Source: Macrostomum lignano
Lineage: Eukaryota
DNA: 64,000 nucleotides
Assembly (NCBI GenBank): GCA_002269645.1
Contig: NIVC01003684.1
Span: forward strand, 1 to 64,000
Direction: 5' to 3'
Positions 49,150-64,000 of the stretch are shown here, one piece after another (the first letter of the stretch is position 1; each line of letters starts with the position of its first letter). The position numbers were made by a program, and so were the translations under genes. The notes below the pieces were generated by a model that was not told where the DNA came from, searched no databases, and saw nothing but the letters and a program-made list of their open reading frames with translations.

Positions 49150-49180
<31 letters not shown>

Positions 49181-51310
49181 GATCAGAGCAATTTTCGGAA
49201 ATTTTGAGGGGACAAGCCTGTTTGATAACGCTCTGAGATTCTCACATTTTCTAGGATTTCTTAGAAACTGTCTCCTGTGTTCGGCCACCGACTCGTAGAA
49301 CTTGTCAAACAGCAGCAGGATGCGCTGCCTATCAAGCATGCCAATCTCGTCGTGGTCGCAGCTGATAAACAGATCGGATAGAATGGTGCGGCGCAGCTCT
49401 CGCTCGGCCCGGCGCTTATAGGTGAGCGCGCACTCGCCCAAGTGATTTGTGAACTCCTCGAACAGGTCGAACGGCATATCTTCGATGAGCTCCGTCAAGA
49501 ACTGCAGATTAGCGTATTAATTGGCGATATGCTGTTGCTTGGTATCAAACTCATTTTAACATCTTCTCAAACTAAAACCAGATAATTTGCGGTACAAAAC
49601 TCTATACAAATGACATACTCTCGAGTTTTACTTTTTTTACCCCAAATGTACATACCACCGAATCAGACTTTTCTACCCCATATGTACATACAACCGAATC
49701 AGAATTTTCTACCCCATGTGTACATACCACCGAATCAGACTTTTCTACCCCATATGTACATACAACCGAATCAGAATTTTCTACCCCATGTGTACATACA
49801 ACTGAATCAGAATTTTCTACCCGAAATGTACGTCCTCCCTGATAAGCTCTTTCTACCCCAAATGTACACAGGGGCGTAGCCAAGGGGGTAAGGGGGGAGG
49901 GGGGATTTTTTACTGCCTTTGTATTTTGCTTCCATCGCTAACATCGGAGATGGATTGATGTCATCTGTCCCCCTGTCGTGAATACTGGCTACGCGCCAGA
50001 ATTTACATTCTTTACAACTCAATTTTCTGATTCTTTTCTGTGACTTTTCACCTGCTGATGCCTTTAACTACTACAAAAAAGTGGCTGAACCAAAACCATT
50101 TAGTACCATCGTCCACTCACATCTCCGAATTCCTTGCGGCCAATCTTGTGCGAAGCCTCCTCGGTCACCAGAACTTCGAATACGAGGCGAAGGTGCTGAC
50201 GCAGCTCGTCGGGAAAGTCCTGCGCCAACTCCGAGAAGGATTTAATGGCCCGTTGGAGCTATTGGAGACAGAATGAGAAATGAATTCGAATGATTGAGAT
50301 CTACTGCTTCCAGTAGTAGCAAGCATGGAAAACTATTGCAATACGAAAGGCTTCCTTACCACGGGCAGCTCGATTCGAAGTTCGTCGCCAACTCGGAACT
50401 TGTCAAATAATTCCTCGATGACGCGCTGCTTCCGTTTGTGCTCTTCTAGCCGGCGCTTCTCTGCCTCTTCCTTCTCCAGCTTCTTCCGCTTGGCATTGGC
50501 CTTGAGCTGGGCCAGCTTGTTGTCCTTGAAGGTGAAAATCTCCTGGCGCAGCTCCTCGGAGATCTCTCGTAGGCCGCGGATGTAGGGCGACGCCTCGGAG
50601 AAATTGCTGTAGCGCGGGTTGTTCCGCATCAGGTACTGGCCCAGGTAGTTGATCGGATTGAAGTTCGGGCACGGCTCCTCTGTGTTCTGCAGCTCCCGGC
50701 GTTGCACCTCATTCAGCAGCTTCTCCAGGCCGAGGATCACGGTGGGAAAGACGGAGTCGATGAGGAAGGCCCGAGTCTCGATGGAGGCCCGCTCCATGTT
50801 CAGCCACTCCTTGGCCAGCAGCTCCGTGGGGATTCGCCGCGACAGTCGCTCGGCCTCCTGGCGGGCCTGGCGCGCCTCCGACTTGACGTCGTCTCGGGAG
50901 GCCAGCAGCCGCTGCATCATCTCTTCTTCGTGGGCGCGGCGGTAGCGGCCAACAGCGCTGCGCACCTGCGGCCTCAGGTACTCGGGCGGCTGCGGGTTCA
51001 ACGGCGGCAGGGAGGCGCGCGAAGCCACTCCGCCGCTGCCACCGCCTGTTGAGGTAGCCGGACTTTTTCGGCCACCGCCGGCGCTGCCGGGCTGACGGCG
51101 AATCATTGAAGCGGAGCCGCCGCCGCCGCTGCTGGCTTGCCGACTCTGCGGCCGGCTGTGGCTGACGGGCTTGCGGGCGAGGCCGCTCTCGACAAGGAGC
51201 GCCGAGGACGAGGCGGCCCGGCTAACCTGCTTGCCGTCGTTGCTGCCTGCGGCGGCCGCCGCTGTGTTTGGCGACTGCGCCGTGCCTGGTGGTGAACTCT
51301 CGGAGCTCAT
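34435..51310 (-). CDS. EFCAB5: EF-hand calcium-binding domain protein 5-like, 11 exons, 1452 aa
   Basis: Exons 51310-50360, 50258-50121, 49501-49246, 42490-41720, 41629-41573, 40126-39921, 39449-38805, 38488-38231, 37326-37106, 36384-35825 and 34730-34435; all GT-AG; total 4359 nt = 1453 codons. [18 protein letters not shown]...[16 protein letters not shown] matches the EFCAB5 N-terminus; EF loop [12 protein letters not shown]; GAF-like C-terminal region. Confidence 0.88.
35570..35818. repeat. 34-bp minisatellite in EFCAB5 intron 10, starting a few nt from the donor
   Basis: ATGCTCAATGCTACTCAAATCCCCAGAATCCCAT. Confidence 0.93.
36478..36990. repeat. 21-bp minisatellite GATGTCAGACTGGGATTCCCC in EFCAB5 intron 9
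   Basis: Direct inspection. Confidence 0.95.
37453..38135. repeat. 37-bp minisatellite in EFCAB5 intron 8
   Basis: GGGCAACCACCACCAGCCTCCCAGATCCTCAGTTRCT. Confidence 0.96.
38497..38795. repeat. 6-bp GGAGTT/GGGGTT repeat filling EFCAB5 intron 7
   Basis: Direct inspection. Confidence 0.95.
39490..39890. repeat. 6-bp ATGAGT/ATGAGC repeat filling EFCAB5 intron 6
   Basis: Direct inspection. Confidence 0.95.
40165..40610. repeat. 30-bp minisatellite ACTGACTGCTCTAGTGGGTCAGAGTGACTC in EFCAB5 intron 5
   Basis: Direct inspection. Confidence 0.96.
41220..41515 (-). mobile_element. tRNA-derived SINE with a conserved CORE/Meta-like central region
   Basis: Minus strand: A-box-like TAGCCTTGTGG, B box GGTTCGATTCC, then TGTGTCCTTGAGCAAGACATTTAACTC and ACCCAGCTGTAAAATGGGTGCC; TTA-like tail. 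Confidence 0.75.
42535..42790. repeat. 77-bp tandem repeat, about 3.3 copies, next to the exon 4 acceptor
   Basis: GGCGTGGGGTTGGTGTGCC recurs at about 42540, 42615, 42692 and 42769. Confidence 0.9.
42920..43800. mobile_element. Dispersed repeat with AGCCTTGACAT subrepeats and an internal (CCCTAA)n tract; probable non-autonomous Helitron-type element
   Basis: Starts ACTAGCAATC...CCCCCGTTGGGG.GCCAAA, also found inverted at about 52055-52090; telomere-like tract at 43149-43189. Confidence 0.45.
43960..44865. repeat. 22-23 bp minisatellite CATGACGCTTCTATGATTTTTTA
   Basis: Direct inspection. Confidence 0.95.
45470..49165 (+). mobile_element. Head-to-tail Helitron/Helentron-like units (about 45470-46735 and 46740-49165) with internal TTAGGG tracts
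   Basis: Each unit begins with the hairpin CTCCTCC-N3-GGAGGAG plus AAAGGGGAAGAA, contains AAATCCTCTCCGTGAAACTG subrepeats, (TTAGGG)n and CAGTCAGTCAGTATCAG, and ends CAGACAAACAACGC.CAACTTTAGTAT. Confidence 0.6.
46890..47335. repeat. CT-rich low-complexity tract
   Basis: Direct inspection. Confidence 0.9.
49630..49868. repeat. 36-bp minisatellite in EFCAB5 intron 2
   Basis: CTACCCCATATGTACATACAACCGAATCAGAATTTT. Confidence 0.93.
49869..50000. mobile_element. Small MITE remnant with CAGGGGCGTAGCCA...TGGCTACGCGCC termini
   Basis: Imperfect TIR only; TSD not confirmed. Confidence 0.4.
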
Positions 51311-53392
51311 TGATGACAGAGCATGCAGTATGTTTTGACATTTTTTATCATTTATTGAGAACTTGTATCGCAAGGCATTGAATTTGCAACTAAGAAAAAT
51401 GAGCAATATAAAAAATAGATGTCAAATGATTGAATCAAACCCTTGATAATTTTCTTATCTTTTTTCTTTATCTTTGCTTTGTGCTCAGATATTTATACAA
51501 GTATTGGTAGAAATTTCTTTGAAACACAATATATTATAAATGATCATAAAATACTGTGCAACATTAAGAACTATTATATAAAACAAGTTCAAATCGATTC
51601 TTTTAATTGAAAATATCTTATTTCTTATCTCTTAGTCAAGATAAAACAAAAATATTTGTCACCTCACAAACTTATATCATGAGTCTTTAAAATAACTTGT
51701 ATTTGCCCCATCTAAATGGCATCATGTATCCATATTATAAAGTATGAGCTACTTTTTCTTGTCCCATTGACCAAATTAAGTTAATATAGACAAAATAATT
51801 ATTCTTAAAGCATCGCACGCACCAAATAACAAAAAATCGCTTGATATTTGATATTGTTATTTGATCCAACATAATACGCTCGTATTTCAGACAAAACTGT
51901 ACAGTAGAATACAATTACAAGCCAGGAAAAAAGTTCTTAAAGCAAGTGATTTAAAAACATAGACATGTAAATTAAAATTATATTTTCGTCAGTAAAAAAT
52001 TACTATGAACAATAAGCTTGCGACAATTTATTTTGGGTTGGCTTTTGATTCCGATTTGGCGCCCCAACGGGGGACGCTGATTGCTAGTTTAACCTATAAA
52101 TCTACTAACTTATAGTTAGCTACAGAGACATTGAGCAGTAAATTTAAGCACTTTTTTACTAATTTTATCTTTGCTAGATAAAGATAAAGATAAATAATTT
52201 TATTTAGAATTGGATAGATTCTACATAAAAATAGTTACCTTGTTTATCATTTACCAAGACAATCGGTTGTGCCCTGGTTGCTAATTTGGTCTATTTCGCT
52301 TTGAACGCATAGTTCAAAAAAGTTAGATCTGTTTTCAATGGATACGAACATAGCCTAACAAAGCTTTTTTTCCGTACTAAAAAATATCGCATTTTAATTA
52401 GTAAAACTGTTTAAGCTTATTATTTATTTGTTTAATACTAAAAATACTACACTTTACACGAAATTTGGAAAGCAAGAAATTGTTTATAGCTTTTTATTCA
52501 ATTTGAGGACGGAAATACTATTTTGAGTAGAAAAATTCTTCTTATGCGTGGTATACTGAATCCACTTTAACCCTTTAGTGTGAATTAAAAAGAATTAACG
52601 AAAGAATAATGTTTTGTATTCTAAAGCCAGAATTGAGACTTACTAAAATAATTTAACAATTTAACACACTCTAGAAAGCATTAAAATAACGCTTTTGAGT
52701 TCTTATTGAAGGCTATGGAAAGTGAAACTATTTGAGTTCTTGGTTGTTGACGAAACTTTTAGGTTTTTAGTATATAGGTACATGTCTTTTTTAATCATTT
52801 TTGTCTTTTTTGTAGAGCATAAGCTTTCACTTTCGAGGCTTCATATTTTGTGAATATTATATCTAAATTGAACTCAATTGAATCAATTTTATTTGATACG
52901 CTTCAATGAATATAAAAAAATGATATCAAACGAATAATTTATACAGTTAATAAAATTAATTAACCATCAGTTATTTTTAACTCTGACGTTTTAAACTTTA
53001 GTTACTTTGTGTCATTATTTTGAGCTACTAATTATAGTTCATAAATTTCTGTCATTATTATTCACTGCCTAAGATGCCTATATTACTTCCCAAAACAAAT
53101 TTTAGTGTTAAACTAATATCTAATTTAAATATATTCCTTTGATGTAATAATATAATCATTGATCATTAATCATTAATCAATGATATAATTCGATTTAATA
53201 TATCCTATGGTAGGAGTAAATCACTGAAGATCGTATTAACTTTAAAAATTTAGGTACTTCTTGTTGCATACAAAATGACTAATGGTTTATCAGTAAATGC
53301 AGTGTGAATCAACTCATATGTACGAGCAAAATAATCACTGATTCGAAACTTTTTTTCGATGCCGATAACCTTATGCTAATCAACGCGCCGTC

Positions 53393-62411
<9,019 letters not shown>

Positions 62412-62497
62412 GTAAGGCGCTAATGAGTAATTATTGATTATTGATTATTGGCTTTTTATCGCTATTCGTTTGAGGAGTACTGGGGTGTTGAATAGAA

Positions 62498-62900
62498 GTG
62501 GGTAGAGGAGTGAGGTGGGTAGAGGAGTGAGGTGGGTGGAGGAGTGGGGTGGGAGGAGGAGTGAGGTGGGCGGAGGAGTGAGGTAGATGGAGGAGTGAGG
62601 TGGGTGGGGAGTGAGGTGGGTGGGGAATGAGGTGGGTGGGGAATGAGGTGGGTAGAGGATTGAGGTGGGTAGAGGATTGAGGTGGGCAGAGGATTGAGGT
62701 GGGTAGAGGATTGAGGTGGGCAGAGGATTGAGGTGGGCAGAGGATTGAGGTGGGCAGAGGATTGAGGTGGGCAGAGGATTGAGGTGGGCAGAGGAGTGGG
62801 GTGGGCAGAGGATTGAAGTGGGCAGAGGATTGAGGTGGGCAGAGGATTGAGGTGGGCAGAGGAGTGGGGTGGGCAGAGGATTGAAGTGGGCGGAGGAGTA
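62498..62900. repeat. 17-bp G-rich repeat GGGCAGAGGATTGAGGT in DZANK1 intron 8
   Basis: Direct inspection. Confidence 0.94.
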
Positions 62901-63439
62901 GGGTGGTTGAAAGAGGGCGTTGATCAGTGCAATAGATAAATGAATCAAATTGAGAGTCAGAAAGATTAAATATAGGTCGTAGCATTGATAGCGGTTCATT
63001 AATCTAACTGTAAAAGCAACGTAGAAAAATTATTTACGCCCGAATGAATAATGATGGGTTGAGGAAGACTGCGAATGCGCAACCCGCTGTCTGAGGACAC
63101 GGGAGCCCCAGAATGCCCCCCCTCTCTCTGTTTTACTCATCATCAAAGGCCGATTAAAAGCTGCGTGCTAGGAGGATTGTTTTAAATAATTTAGCGCGTC
63201 GTTTTTATCCCTTCTCTTGACGCCGACCGAATTCCAGCTTGCCATTTTGCACCAGGGAAGCAAACAGATGGCGTTTCAAAATCCACTCAAGCTTGACTTG
63301 AATACAAGAATATTTTCACAAAAGTGGTACATTTCGGGTGGCGTTTGGAATTGAAATTTTGTTATTTAATTTACGCTCGTAACTGACACAGACCCAGCGC
63401 CAGCGTTCCACCCGAGAAACCTTAAATTCCCTACAGGGG

Positions 63440-63962
63440 AACCATGGACAACTGGGGAGCCATAGACAACTGGGGAGCCATAGACAACTGGGGAGCCATA
63501 GACAACTGGGGAGCCATAGACAACTGGGGAGCCATAGACAACTGGGGAGCCATAGACAACTGGCGAGCCATAGACAACTGGGGAGCCATAGACAACTGGG
63601 GAGCCATAGACAACTGGGGAGCCATAGACAACTGGGGAGCCATAGACAACTGGGGAGCCATAGACAACTGGGGAGCCATAGACAACTGGGGAGACATAGA
63701 CAACTGGGGAGCCATAGACAACTGGGGAGCCATAGACAACTGGGGAGCCATAGACAACTGGCGAGCCATAGACAACTGGGGAGCCATAGACAACTGGGGA
63801 GCCATAGACAACTGGGGAGCCATAGACAACTGGGGAGCCATAGACAACTGGGGAACCACAGACAACTGGGGAGCCATAGACAACTGGGGAGCCATAGACA
63901 ACTGGGGAGCCATAGACAACTGGGGAACCACAGACAACTGGCGAGCCATAAACAACTGGGGA
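63440..63962. repeat. 18-bp minisatellite CATAGACAACTGGGGAGC
   Basis: Direct inspection. Confidence 0.96.
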
Positions 63963-64000
63963 AGGACTGACTAATTAGAAATTTCTTAACAATGCTCCGA

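Noticed and set aside
51311-53392. RFX X-box in the EFCAB5/DZANK1 intergenic region
   Set aside because: Only half-sites (e.g. GTTGCTA at about 52275) were found.

Overview
Animal (eukaryotic) genomic DNA with GC-rich exons and introns full of minisatellites and transposons. The style suggests a free-living flatworm such as Macrostomum, but that is inference only. Host genes I could reconstruct with consistent splice phases are: a CLCA-like gene (-, 5 exons in view, HExxH motif lost, one frameshift), an intronless TspanC8 tetraspanin (-), a BRCC36/BRCC3 JAMM deubiquitinase (-, start codon missing from its single large exon), a secreted single-domain SUEL/rhamnose-binding lectin (+), an 11-exon EFCAB5-like gene (-, 1452 aa) and, head-to-head with it, DZANK1 (+, 8 exons in view, one GC-AG intron). 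Mobile DNA: a P-element/THAP transposon (86-bp TIRs, 7-bp TSD) carrying a nearly intact APE-RT-RNaseH LINE and possibly nested inside a smaller P-like element, a second decayed copy of that LINE family, a Crypton recombinase fragment, a 1.65-kb TTAA-flanked foldback element, several MITEs, a tRNA-derived SINE, and a head-to-tail Helitron/Helentron-like array with internal TTAGGG tracts. The strongest unexplained pattern is that in the lectin, EFCAB5 and DZANK1 genes every intron longer than about 200 bp carries its own private tandem array, while the three ~90-100 bp introns carry none. I found no rRNA, intact tRNA or CRISPR array.
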